Assembly: GCA_946541595.1 (NCBI GenBank)
Contig: CAMNJU010000001.1
Coordinates: forward strand, 1 to 60,788
From: an uncultured Planctomycetales bacterium
Lineage (GTDB): Bacteria; Planctomycetota; Planctomycetia; Pirellulales; Thermoguttaceae
Reading direction: 5' to 3'
Length of the DNA stretch: 60,788 bases
The translations under genes were made by a program, and so were the position numbers. Each line of letters starts with the position of its first letter. The first letter of the stretch is position 1. Below, piece after piece: positions 19,701 to 28,591 of this stretch. The notes under the pieces are model-generated. The model worked only from the letters and a program-made list of their open reading frames with translations, was not told the DNA's origin and made no database searches.

Positions 19701-20668
19701 AGAACAAAATTACCGGGCGCAAACACTCGAACAGTTTCGGAGGAAGCCTTGCGCCAAAACTCGTCGTCTGAAAAATTGCCATTCTCTATGGTCGGCAAAG
19801 GAACAATAGATTCCGGCTTATGCAGCGGCTCAACAAATTCAGGATAATGACGCTGAATTAACCATGGTTCACAATCTGCATATCCCGCAATCTTGAGAAG
19901 GGCGTTTTCTTCGGCAAGAAAGGCGTCCTGAAGGAGATGTTCATATTCCGTTACTTCGCCGCCAATAGAGCGATCGACGTTTTTACGAATCCAATCGTTC
20001 CTCGGACTTGGCGGAACATTTGACAACCATGAAGAACCGTAACCGGTTAATCCGCCTTCCGAAACGTCTTCCGTAACGCCGTGAATCGACGCCTGAACGG
20101 TCCAGTTCACTCCGTCCTTTGACGTTTCAACATTGACGTCGAGAGGAACTCTGTCTTTGTATACGCCTAAACGATCGCGCGAATAGACGACGGAGCCTAC
20201 GACAACTGGTTCTTCCCATTCGATCGAAATCCATTGCGGAGCGTCACGAGTCGCTGGATTACCGGCCACCCAAGAAGCTGCGTTACCCAATTTCCCATCG
20301 GCAATATTGTCGATTTTGTGGATCGCATAACCGGAAATACAGGAAGACGCGTCAATTCGCTTTAAACCTTTCTGCGTCAAATTAACGTCGTTCGAACTCT
20401 CCGAGGAATAAACAAACAACTCGTCTATAGCAGGATCGCCGCCTTGCGAGGAGAAAACGTTAAAGCGCAAAAACCTTACTTCTGTGGGCTCAAAAGAGAG
20501 AACGTTCGGTTTTTCGGCAAAGACGCGCTTAAAGATTGCGTTTTTAGATTGAACAGGTTTTTCTTCCCCTTCGCTGGCAGTACAGGAATCGCCTTGGAAA
20601 ACAGAGGCCGAAACGGTAACGAGGACGCTGAGAAGGACAAGCGTCAACTTCGAAACGTATGTCTCCAT
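16766..20668 (-). CDS. Large secreted protein with discoidin-like (F5/8 type C) region(s), a TolB/PD40-like beta-propeller and a C-terminal region with two CXXCH motifs
   Basis: The start at ATG 20668 gives the signal peptide METYVSKLTLVLLSVLVTVSASVFQG. Discoidin-like stretch ...DGKLGNAASWVAG...QWISIEWEEPVVVGSVVYS.... Propeller-like DGGLAFIS..., NDGRILWTRSEY.... CIGCH lies at 17237-17251 and CVDCH at 17087-17101. Confidence 0.7.
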   Translation of the reverse strand: METYVSKLTLVLLSVLVTVSASVFQGDSCTASEGEEKPVQSKNAIFKRVFAEKPNVLSFEPTEVRFLRFNVFSSQGGDPAIDELFVYSSESSNDVNLTQKGLKRIDASSCISGYAIHKIDNIADGKLGNAASWVAGNPATRDAPQWISIEWEEPVVVGSVVYSRDRLGVYKDRVPLDVNVETSKDGVNWTVQASIHGVTEDVSEGGLTGYGSSWLSNVPPSPRNDWIRKNVDRSIGGEVTEYEHLLQDAFLAEENALLKIAGYADCEPWLIQRHYPEFVEPLHKPESIVPLPTIENGNFSDDEFWRKASSETVRVFAPGNFVLGPLVEQTVSVALTDSFLCLKIEGNRFLSENRALVSTENLPVRGFIAVRENKVVWVQIDAIDGREAGVEVELQGEWRGSDGVLYAMVPLDFLPEYSTRGVYVALGIGGNNVLPGGRPIHFRPADFSASFSRDLNEEDSFCLTLTATGGRAVNLISDSERIQLLPDSPTSKTLKGVFGQVGPEVEWEAIDEKTEQTFRLNAFRYDPCYRPFCQLKDALERADANPDEERDVRDFLKRASIPGVANPRYADLAKVVANLHMPDEHEDLSRFFDELETEGIDESDSNSKTKREFRDLWKKYRELSTSRRSSENALSAENNEKLNLAERELFWKVRLLKRDFFLSNEDLTPVEHILANKRNPFWPSHNYSDLFDSTWNPGGAVVLIDIPRENGRLAPEKATTREIVRAGDGVIRNPSASFDATKIYYAKRESQNEYFRIHELDLTTGKTRRISADGPFHDFWPTELPDGGLAFISTRCKKKFICWRPQAFVLYRMNKEGGEIKPLSFANLSEFAPSVANDGRILWTRSEYVDKGADYGHTLWTIRADGTSPELVFGNTINLPQGYANGRRVPDSEDVCCVMISHFGDLNGPVALIDLSKGPHDPAAIMSITPEVPWPGYWARTETFREPVPVSRDVFLVSHAAADRFGVYLLDRFGNRELLTIDKAIDTVCPQPFGPRETPPVTGNPPEPELLSQGMGRFSVANVYRGLEGHVKPGTAKYLRVCQEMPTPLALMDDGTYQADHEPFMEYYASPVDVLQGAFGWSSYVAKGVLGTVEIEKDGSVDFVVPAGKVLFFELLDENYNEIQRMRSVVQLQPGERRSCIGCHESRLSAPEGGLTLASGKNSQTLTAPPWGVGPFWYEKTVQPVLDKKCVDCHTSETASENPKQIDLTSVRDENKIPASYRSLIQSGDVHYFDYTWGAGKTTKAAPYSFGTFQSKLWEILKDENHKETALAPEEEQAIKCWIDLNVPLWGDYQMRRTRD

Positions 20669-20798
20669 CTTTGACCACCGTTTAAAATAATTGCCGTATA
20701 GCATCACTTCCAACGCCTTTATAACATGATAAATTTCAAAAGGCCACAATGTAACAGGCCTCCGCAAAAGGGAAAAATACAATGCAAGCAAAGCCGTT

Positions 20799-23249
20799 TT
20801 ATTCAGGTAAAAGAACCAGCGTACCTGTCCAAGTCTCTGCTGGAACAACCCAAACATCTCCTGCTTTTAGCGTTTTTTCGTATAACGATAAAGGAGTTTT
20901 ACCTGAGTCTGTATACCTTGCGGCAACGTCAGTCTTTTTAACAGCGTCGGAATTCGACGGTTCCCCTCCGATCAAGACCTCTAACTTAACGTCTCGTTTT
21001 GCTCTGACAACAACGTCTCTTGCAACGCCTCCAGACGTCTGCAGATACATGCGCCCGTCAATCTCAGGCAGGACGTCAATCCAAGTATAGTCTCTATTGG
21101 CATACGCCTTCTCACCATTCTTTAAAGTTGCAATTTGTAGCGGCGATTCTATAGAAAGAGCGCCAGAATCAAAACGAACCATTCCCATCTGCCCGACGTC
21201 CCAGTCGCTATGCTTATAATAGAAATGTCCGTCTTCGGCTCCAATAAAAGGATCGAGAACTCCGTCGTTGTTAAAATCGACTACCGTCGGACTTGTGCTA
21301 TGTCCCCTAATCGGCCGAGGATCAACTTCACCAGCTAAAACAAAAAACGAAAGACCGTTATCGGTTTTAGTCTGGAGATAAAGATCGGCGTTGAGACCGT
21401 TCGCCAGAATATCCAGTTTGCCGTCTCTGTTATAATCGCAAAAACATATCTTTCGTCTGCCGCTCGCTCCCGCACGACCTGCTGTTAGACGCAAAGGGAC
21501 GCCTGCCTCGTCTAAAAAAATCCGCTTGGGCGGGGAAAGTTTCAATTCATTCCGCTCGTCTTTATAGCGTTCAAACAAGGCTAAATACCCCTCTGTATCC
21601 AGCATAGCAAGGTCAGTGAGACCGTCTTGATTCCAGTCAATTGCGACAGGGGTCGTCCGCCACTGAGTAAGCAGCTCTTTTCCTTTTGGAATACGCCAGC
21701 CCCATGCAAGTTTGGGCGGCTCTCCATCCCACTCGACTTCCACAGCCCTCGGTTGAGAAAGTTTGGGTTTTCCCTTAACGCCAATGTTTTTATACCAAAA
21801 GACGTTTCCCAAGATTGAATTCACAAGAATATCTTTAAGTCCGTCTCCGTCCCAATCAGCAACAGATAAAGTAGTATACCCCCATTTGGGCTCGCAAGGA
21901 CCTTGAATTGATCCGTTAGGCCCCGCCATAATCCGAATTGGCAAAGCGCCGTCACGACGTTTTTCAACCAAAGAAGCCTTTTCCGGAATCAACGCCTGCG
22001 CAGCCGCCAGCGTCGTATCGTCGGGCTCGCTGCTCAAGGCAACCGGACTAGCCCATTTCGGAGGATCAACGCCAGGTCCGCTAAGATTTTCAAAATAAAA
22101 GATATATCCTGCGCTATTGCCGCAAATGACGTCCCAATCTCCATCGTCGTCCCAATCGACTCCCCAAGGAGTTGACAACGCCCCGCATTTGAGCGCGTCT
22201 GGGACCTGTTTAAAATAGAAGGGGGCCTCGAAGAGAGGTTTATTACCGTTCATACGGCCGGTGTTGACAAATAACGCGACCCGTCCGTCTTCATCGCCAA
22301 GAAGCACGTCAAGTTTTCCGTCTTTATCCCAGTCGTAAGCGACAATAGTCGGCATTGCCAAATCGCATGCTGCGCGGCTTCCGTCTTCCAGAAAGACTGG
22401 CTCGAACGGTTTATACTTCGGCTCGTTTCGACTGCCGACATTTTCTGAATACTGAATTGTATCGCGAAATTCGATTCCTACGATATCTAAATCGCCATCG
22501 CCGTCCCAATCGGCAAAGTTGGGCGAAGGCCAGCCGAAGGTTTCGAGATTATCGCCGTTGACGTCCTTAAGCATGGTCGGAGCGTCGTATTTCGGCTCAG
22601 CGTTGGTTCCTACATTACGCAACACATAGATATTGCCGCGAAGAGGACCGTTTTGCCAAACGCCATGACTGTCGTAGGCGTCGTCCCAGCCATAGTCCGT
22701 CCAGTCGTCCGAACCGACGACAATATCCGTTAAGCCGTCGCCGTCAAAATCAACGAGGCGCCACATGTTTCCGCGAACCTTGTTTCGATGAACGTTCGCA
22801 GGGAGATTCTCGTCTCCGTTTTTAAGCGGTTTCGGTTTTTCCACTCCGGATTTTGTAAAGTCGGGATACTCGTTTCCTGGAGTCAAAACCCGCAACTGCC
22901 CGTCTACCCAACTCGGCTGAACGTTAATCACGCCTTTACTCAGTCTCTTGGCTTTTTCAAACGTCGGATTCAGTAGATCGTCTCCACTGTTTCGAAAATA
23001 CCATACGCCGTTGTAAGGAACGTCTTCACAACTTATTATCAAATCAACAAAGCCGTCAGAATCTACGTCCGTTGGAACGATCCATGACCAAAGCCCAACG
23101 GCAAGAAAAGCGTCGGCGTCAGGATTATTGACTTCAACTCGCTTAAGTCCGCCGTCGTCTGCGTACGTGAAATAGGCTAGTGAAAACGTCGCAACAGCCG
23201 TAAAAGAGAGAAACGCCTTAAGTAAGCGCTTATCGTTCTTCCTGTTCAT
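20799..23249 (-). CDS. FG-GAP/VCBS repeat protein, secreted
   Basis: Repeated DxDGDG-type motifs: DFDGDGLTDIVVGSDD, DWDGDGDLDIVG, DWDKDGKLDVLLGDEDG, DWDDDGDWDVICG, DWDGDGLKDILV, DYNRDGKLDIL. The start at ATG 23249 gives an N-terminal hydrophobic signal. Confidence 0.8.
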   Translation of the reverse strand: MNRKNDKRLLKAFLSFTAVATFSLAYFTYADDGGLKRVEVNNPDADAFLAVGLWSWIVPTDVDSDGFVDLIISCEDVPYNGVWYFRNSGDDLLNPTFEKAKRLSKGVINVQPSWVDGQLRVLTPGNEYPDFTKSGVEKPKPLKNGDENLPANVHRNKVRGNMWRLVDFDGDGLTDIVVGSDDWTDYGWDDAYDSHGVWQNGPLRGNIYVLRNVGTNAEPKYDAPTMLKDVNGDNLETFGWPSPNFADWDGDGDLDIVGIEFRDTIQYSENVGSRNEPKYKPFEPVFLEDGSRAACDLAMPTIVAYDWDKDGKLDVLLGDEDGRVALFVNTGRMNGNKPLFEAPFYFKQVPDALKCGALSTPWGVDWDDDGDWDVICGNSAGYIFYFENLSGPGVDPPKWASPVALSSEPDDTTLAAAQALIPEKASLVEKRRDGALPIRIMAGPNGSIQGPCEPKWGYTTLSVADWDGDGLKDILVNSILGNVFWYKNIGVKGKPKLSQPRAVEVEWDGEPPKLAWGWRIPKGKELLTQWRTTPVAIDWNQDGLTDLAMLDTEGYLALFERYKDERNELKLSPPKRIFLDEAGVPLRLTAGRAGASGRRKICFCDYNRDGKLDILANGLNADLYLQTKTDNGLSFFVLAGEVDPRPIRGHSTSPTVVDFNNDGVLDPFIGAEDGHFYYKHSDWDVGQMGMVRFDSGALSIESPLQIATLKNGEKAYANRDYTWIDVLPEIDGRMYLQTSGGVARDVVVRAKRDVKLEVLIGGEPSNSDAVKKTDVAARYTDSGKTPLSLYEKTLKAGDVWVVPAETWTGTLVLLPE

Positions 23250-23569
23250 TGAATCTACTTCCCGATCAAGCAAAGCCTACCAATAAATCAACGCCTCATT
23301 GAAAACAAGGGGCCCATGACTAAGTATAAAAGGCAAAGAAAGAAAAAGCAAGCGACTGATATTTTAGTCGTCATTTTTCCAAAGCCCCGTGTTACAGAAT
23401 TCTCAAAATACCCATTTCGTCATACAAAAGATAAAAACATGTCTGGACCTTAATCGGATATTTTGTTAATATACGGAGAGTTTTTTAGCGCGATAGAAAA
23501 AGGAATCCCGCAGAGCAAGCGAGTTCCGAAACGCGCTGTATCGGAAGGTAATTTGGAAGCGATTTATAA

Positions 23570-26500
23570 ATGAGCAGTTTAACTCGAATTAGTTTAACGC
23601 TTGTCTTAGCGCTTTCCTTTTTGGGCTTACACGGAGTCGTTCTGGCTCAGTCTGAAAGCGTTAGCTCGACTTCCAGCGAGACAACTTTTGCTCCAATCCT
23701 TTCCAACGTGGAAGGACGCGCCCCTTTTCAGCCGGGCCTCATGCGTGTCGACGTCTCGCTTTCCTCCTCCACTCCGACGTCATGGGATGGAGAATTTCGG
23801 CTTTCTCGGGGCGAATTTGCCGATCTAGTTCCACTCGGTTCAAACGCAACGAGTCCAACCGAATTTCTTTTTTCTGACTCAACACAAAGCCGTCTCACTC
23901 TCTCCACTCGGGCTCCAACAACGTTCTGTGGCGTGGAAACTACTATCTTTGCGCCACGCGACGCCAGACTTGACGTCAAACTTCGAAATCGCCAGAGCGG
24001 TAAAACGTTTGCTCAAACAATTTTTGTCGACCGTCTACTTGATTCAGCGGCGAGAATTCAGCTAGATAATCAAGGGAACGGTTTGGAAGTCGTACGAACG
24101 ACAGCCGACGATTTGCCGATTCGAATTACCCGTATTTCAGGGGCTGATTCGCAGTACTCCTTAAACTCCCGTGAAACGACCGTCTTTCAACCTACGGATA
24201 AAATCATATTAGAAACGCTCCCAAGACTTTCGTCAGTAAAATTACCTGATGAAATGGTTCTCACAGCGACTGCCAGAACTGCCGACTCTCAAGAGCCGTT
24301 CTGGTCTGAAAGTCGCAACGTAACCTTGGTCGAACTGCAGCATGCAGCGATCATAGCGGGCGATAAAAGCGCTCCTCTCGACGTTTTCGAGTTTATGTTT
24401 CCTGTTCCCGTCAAAGACGGGGTCTTTGAAATTGTTCTGGAGCTCACGAGCAAGACGTCCGATCCCCTTAAAACAACTTTTGTCCTTCCCTCCACGACAA
24501 AAAAACGGACTTCTCCTACGACATACGCACGCCGTGTCGTTCAAGGCGTTGTCGTTACAAGAAACACTGACAAGGCGGAACGAGTCTCGGGAGACTCCGC
24601 TTCACTCGACAGCCTTCGCGCCGACCTTTTGGAAACAATCGATCCCACAAACCCATCGTGGTTTAAAAATTATTCCAAACGTTCTATCATTCCTTTTCGC
24701 AAGCCCAATTCCAAAAACGGTAAGAAACTCTTTACGAGCGCCGAGGAGACGAACCTGGAATACGATGAGACAATCGTCTCGTCTCCGTTGAAAACTTTCG
24801 CGTCAGTCACGCCTTCCAGCCCCTCAAAAGACGACCAAGAAGCGCAAGAGGAACGCATCTTCCTTGCTCAGGAATCTAACGAACACGCGTCTAGCGTGTC
24901 GTCAGTCCCACTGGGGAAAAACCTTCTCGGACTTGTCCCTTCGGTAAGCGGCAAAGGTAAAGCCAATGAACTCGCCGCCGCTGCAAACGAAAGGATCGAC
25001 TTCCTTAAACGGTGGGAATCAGATCATTTTCAGACTTTCGTACGAACTCTTGACAACAGTGATTGGGGGATTAAATCAGATCTATGGGAGAAAGCTCTCA
25101 GCAGCGGCTCTTCACGTCCTTTCAACGAGAACGAGTTAGCCCAATACGCAACTACTCAGTCTCGCTTTATGAGGTTGGCGCCAAATCGACAGAACTCCGA
25201 TCTTTCTAACGTTAACGACGAAAAAGTTTCATGGGAAGCTTATCCAATCCCAATCGAAACAGTCGGTATTCCTTACATTCTGGAAATTGAGTATCCCGCA
25301 AACTTTCCCCAAAAACTTGGCATAAGCATTCTGGAGCAGAACGCGTTAGGCGCCTTGTTCCCAACGGCGATTGACGTAGGTCTAACAGTAAGCAAGGACG
25401 AGTTGGCAGATCGTGCAAATAATGAGATTGCACGGTTTACAACCCTATTTTGGCCACAAACAAACAATCCTATAATTCTGCTCTCTAACTGTTCCGACAA
25501 AACCGCCGCTGCGTACGGCCAAATTAGAATCTATCGCGCAGCGCCGGTAAACGCGAACGCCAGCGTTAGAAAACAAGGAAGAACTTTCGGAACGGCCTTG
25601 ACGACTCCTGACTTATGCGGCCAGTTTTCAGCCGCACGAAAATCTTCGCAGTTTGGCGTTACCGGAGCGGAAGACTGGAATACGTTTGAAGACTCGCTTT
25701 CGAGAGCCTTGTATTACCTTTCCGCCGCAAACATTGACTCAATGGTTTTGTCAGTCGTCAGCAACGGATCAACGTTATATCCAAGCAAGCGTTTGAATCC
25801 GTCGCCAGCGTACGACAGAGGCGTCTTTCTGCCAAGTGGAGGAGATCCGGTACGAAAAGACGTTCTAACGCTGGCAATGACTCGTTTTGAAACCCAAAGA
25901 AAACGCCTAATTCCACTTGTCCAACTCAACGCAACCGTTCCAGCTCTTGAGTACAAGTTGAATGCGCTCAATTCAAGTACCGCGACGCCTGAAAGCCGGG
26001 CGGCGTTTGAAGGAATTGAATGGATCGGCGCAGACCGTCGAAAATTAGTTGATTCGCGTCGTAAAGAGGACGGTTCCGGTCCATATTATAACGTCCTTCA
26101 TCCGGAAGTTGAAAAAGAGGTTTTAGCGATTGTTCGTGAGATTGTCGCTCAATGTTCCTCTTTCGACAGTTTCGACGGTCTGGCTCTCGACGTTGGCGCC
26201 AGCGGTTGGTTGGCATTGCCTGACGACATATATTACGGGATGGACGACGAAACAATCGCACGTTTTGTTCGTGAATCGAATTTGCAAGAGTCGCTGTCAC
26301 GAAAGGGCGACAGGCGCGTTCAGGAACTTTTGTTAGCAAAAGGAAACGAACGTTACCGAGCCCGAGCGCTCTTTATCCATGACGTGTGCCTTAACGAATG
26401 GCTTGAGTGGCGAGCCGAGGCGCTTTACAGTTTTTACGCGCGAGTTCGTCTTACTATCGCGGAAGCGCGTCCGGACGTTAGATTGTATCTCGTTGCAACA

Positions 26501-28477
26501 AATGCTCTTGACGGTCCCGTTTGTCGTTCTATGCTTTATCCTTCGCTTACTAACCCCAGAAAAGTGCGAGAGGCGCTTCGCTTGGTGGGGTTAGATCCTG
26601 TTTGGTTTGGGCCAGAACCGAAAAGACGACCTTCCGCAGTTATATCGCAAGTTGGATATGACACGGTCAAAACAAGAAAAGTAACCGATAATTCCATCAC
26701 CCTTTTACGTCCGGAGATTGTCGCAGGAACCGTTTCTCCCCTTCCAAACGTCCTGCAAGACGGAATGAAGGACCCTGAGACCGTCTCGCTTTTCGCGAGA
26801 ACTCAGGCGTATCCCGGCGCATTCTTTTTCCACCAATCCCAGCAAATGCCTCTTTACGATTTTGACAGAGTCAGTCCCGTTCATCCGACTGTCGCCGAAC
26901 TCCAAACGAAGGCCATGCCAGCAGGCTATGAAAACAAGCGTCGGTTTGCCCGCGCTTTGGCGTTAGAGGACGTCTTGTGTTTCTTCGACGGGGGCGCTAG
27001 TCTCCCGATGGGGCAGGAAGAAACGTTATACGACTGGATAAATGTCTATAAAAATCTTCCAAACGCCGTTTTTAGAACTTGGTCGCCCAAATCGGAAGCT
27101 AACAGCGTCGTCGATCAAGATTCTTCAAATGGCGACTCTCCGGAAGAAAAGACAATCCAACCTCTTGTTGTAAGATATTATCGAACCGAAAAAGAAACAT
27201 GGATATATTTTTTAAATGCGGCGCCGTTCCATTTGGGAGTAAAACTTGCGCTAAAACGAAAATCGAATGCGCGCTTTGAAGTATTTGCCGGCGATCGCTA
27301 TGACAAGCCAAACGCCTTTGGCGAATCGCTTGATTGGAACTTTACGGCAGCGCCGTACGACCTCGCCGCCATCTGCGTAGATGATCCTAACGTAACTTTC
27401 GACTCAATTGAGGTTTCTCGACCTTCTGAAATTTGTGGTCCTGAAGGACGTTTGCAAAGCGCCGTTCAAGATTTTGTGGATCGCGCGCTAGTATCGCGTT
27501 CCGGGGTTGCGGTACCGTTACGAAACGGCAGTTTCGAAGAATCTCTCACGCCGTCTGACGGAGCTCAAACTGATGAACAATCGGCTCAGTTAACTTTGGA
27601 GGAAAATCGGGACTCAGAATCTGTCGAAACCGATAGGGCGAATCTGTTTAGCGTCGACGTCTCAAGGGTAAAAATCTTCCCAAAAAGGCATGACGATGAA
27701 AAGACGCCTAAGTCGGAAACCGAGACTGTTGTCAATCCGCCTTTTGATCCCACTCGCATACCGGGCTGGCGAACCTTTGGTCCAAACGACGTGGACGTCA
27801 GGTTAGACCAGAACGTTGCGCACGACGGACACGCGAGCCTGCGCGTCACTTCCCAGAAAAATACAGGCGGAGTCATTTGCCAACCGTTTGATTCGCCTAC
27901 CACAGGGCGTATCTTCGCGCAAATCTATGTTGGCGTCCCCGACAACGTTCAAGAGATCCCGCTGAACGTTTGTCTTGTCGGGAAATACAACGGCTTACCC
28001 TTCAATCGGAGAATATATGTGGGCAAGACGGCCTTAAAACAATCGCAAAAAATGAATGACGCCGATTCGGATAATGGAGTTGTTTGGGTTCGTGAAGTCG
28101 TCTCATTCGACGGTCTTCCTCTTGAAGGTCTCGACGACATTTCACTTCGCTTTGAACTTTGCGGAGCCGGAACTGTTTGGCTTGATCAAATCCGAATCTA
28201 CAAACTGGCCTTTGCCGACGTGGAACAGACGGAGCTAATGAAGCTAATCAATATGGCGGAATATAGAGCATCGAAAGACAGAACTTTCGACGTCCTTGTC
28301 ATGCTTGACAGCTACTGGGCTAAAATGTTAAAGGAACAGATTGCAGACGACTCGCCATTGCTTGAATCAAGACCTCGGCGTCCTTCCTCGGTAACTCTCG
28401 CGCCCGATGAAGAAACTGGTAATACTAAAACCCCAGGCTTTTTTGATCGGACAATAAACAAGATAAAATTCTGGTAA
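23570..28477 (+). CDS. Giant (1635 aa) secreted protein of unknown function
   Basis: One uninterrupted ORF with an ATG start and the signal peptide MSSLTRISLTLVLALSFLGLHGVVLAQS. There is weak resemblance to GHL10/DUF187-type TIM-barrel proteins around nt 26080-26280 (YYNVLHPEVEKEVLAIVREIV...FDGLALDVG) and a jelly-roll/CBM-like C-terminal part. Neither was verified. Confidence 0.75.
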   Translation: MSSLTRISLTLVLALSFLGLHGVVLAQSESVSSTSSETTFAPILSNVEGRAPFQPGLMRVDVSLSSSTPTSWDGEFRLSRGEFADLVPLGSNATSPTEFLFSDSTQSRLTLSTRAPTTFCGVETTIFAPRDARLDVKLRNRQSGKTFAQTIFVDRLLDSAARIQLDNQGNGLEVVRTTADDLPIRITRISGADSQYSLNSRETTVFQPTDKIILETLPRLSSVKLPDEMVLTATARTADSQEPFWSESRNVTLVELQHAAIIAGDKSAPLDVFEFMFPVPVKDGVFEIVLELTSKTSDPLKTTFVLPSTTKKRTSPTTYARRVVQGVVVTRNTDKAERVSGDSASLDSLRADLLETIDPTNPSWFKNYSKRSIIPFRKPNSKNGKKLFTSAEETNLEYDETIVSSPLKTFASVTPSSPSKDDQEAQEERIFLAQESNEHASSVSSVPLGKNLLGLVPSVSGKGKANELAAAANERIDFLKRWESDHFQTFVRTLDNSDWGIKSDLWEKALSSGSSRPFNENELAQYATTQSRFMRLAPNRQNSDLSNVNDEKVSWEAYPIPIETVGIPYILEIEYPANFPQKLGISILEQNALGALFPTAIDVGLTVSKDELADRANNEIARFTTLFWPQTNNPIILLSNCSDKTAAAYGQIRIYRAAPVNANASVRKQGRTFGTALTTPDLCGQFSAARKSSQFGVTGAEDWNTFEDSLSRALYYLSAANIDSMVLSVVSNGSTLYPSKRLNPSPAYDRGVFLPSGGDPVRKDVLTLAMTRFETQRKRLIPLVQLNATVPALEYKLNALNSSTATPESRAAFEGIEWIGADRRKLVDSRRKEDGSGPYYNVLHPEVEKEVLAIVREIVAQCSSFDSFDGLALDVGASGWLALPDDIYYGMDDETIARFVRESNLQESLSRKGDRRVQELLLAKGNERYRARALFIHDVCLNEWLEWRAEALYSFYARVRLTIAEARPDVRLYLVATNALDGPVCRSMLYPSLTNPRKVREALRLVGLDPVWFGPEPKRRPSAVISQVGYDTVKTRKVTDNSITLLRPEIVAGTVSPLPNVLQDGMKDPETVSLFARTQAYPGAFFFHQSQQMPLYDFDRVSPVHPTVAELQTKAMPAGYENKRRFARALALEDVLCFFDGGASLPMGQEETLYDWINVYKNLPNAVFRTWSPKSEANSVVDQDSSNGDSPEEKTIQPLVVRYYRTEKETWIYFLNAAPFHLGVKLALKRKSNARFEVFAGDRYDKPNAFGESLDWNFTAAPYDLAAICVDDPNVTFDSIEVSRPSEICGPEGRLQSAVQDFVDRALVSRSGVAVPLRNGSFEESLTPSDGAQTDEQSAQLTLEENRDSESVETDRANLFSVDVSRVKIFPKRHDDEKTPKSETETVVNPPFDPTRIPGWRTFGPNDVDVRLDQNVAHDGHASLRVTSQKNTGGVICQPFDSPTTGRIFAQIYVGVPDNVQEIPLNVCLVGKYNGLPFNRRIYVGKTALKQSQKMNDADSDNGVVWVREVVSFDGLPLEGLDDISLRFELCGAGTVWLDQIRIYKLAFADVEQTELMKLINMAEYRASKDRTFDVLVMLDSYWAKMLKEQIADDSPLLESRPRRPSSVTLAPDEETGNTKTPGFFDRTINKIKFW

Positions 28478-28483
28478 CGTCAA

Positions 28484-28540
28484 AAAAACGAGTCTCTCTA
28501 CTTTCATTTTATCTACGGAGAGACTCGTTTTTGGTTTTTC
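28484..28540. terminator. Bidirectional rho-independent terminator
   Basis: AAAAACGAGTCTCTC (28484-28498) pairs with GAGAGACTCGTTTTT (28518-28532). An A-run precedes the hairpin and a T-run follows it. It lies between convergent stops at 28477 (+) and 28592 (-). Confidence 0.75.
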
Positions 28541-28591
28541 TGAACTCAAAAGTGTCGTTCTTAACGATATTGTAAAGCGTCGCAACAGGCG

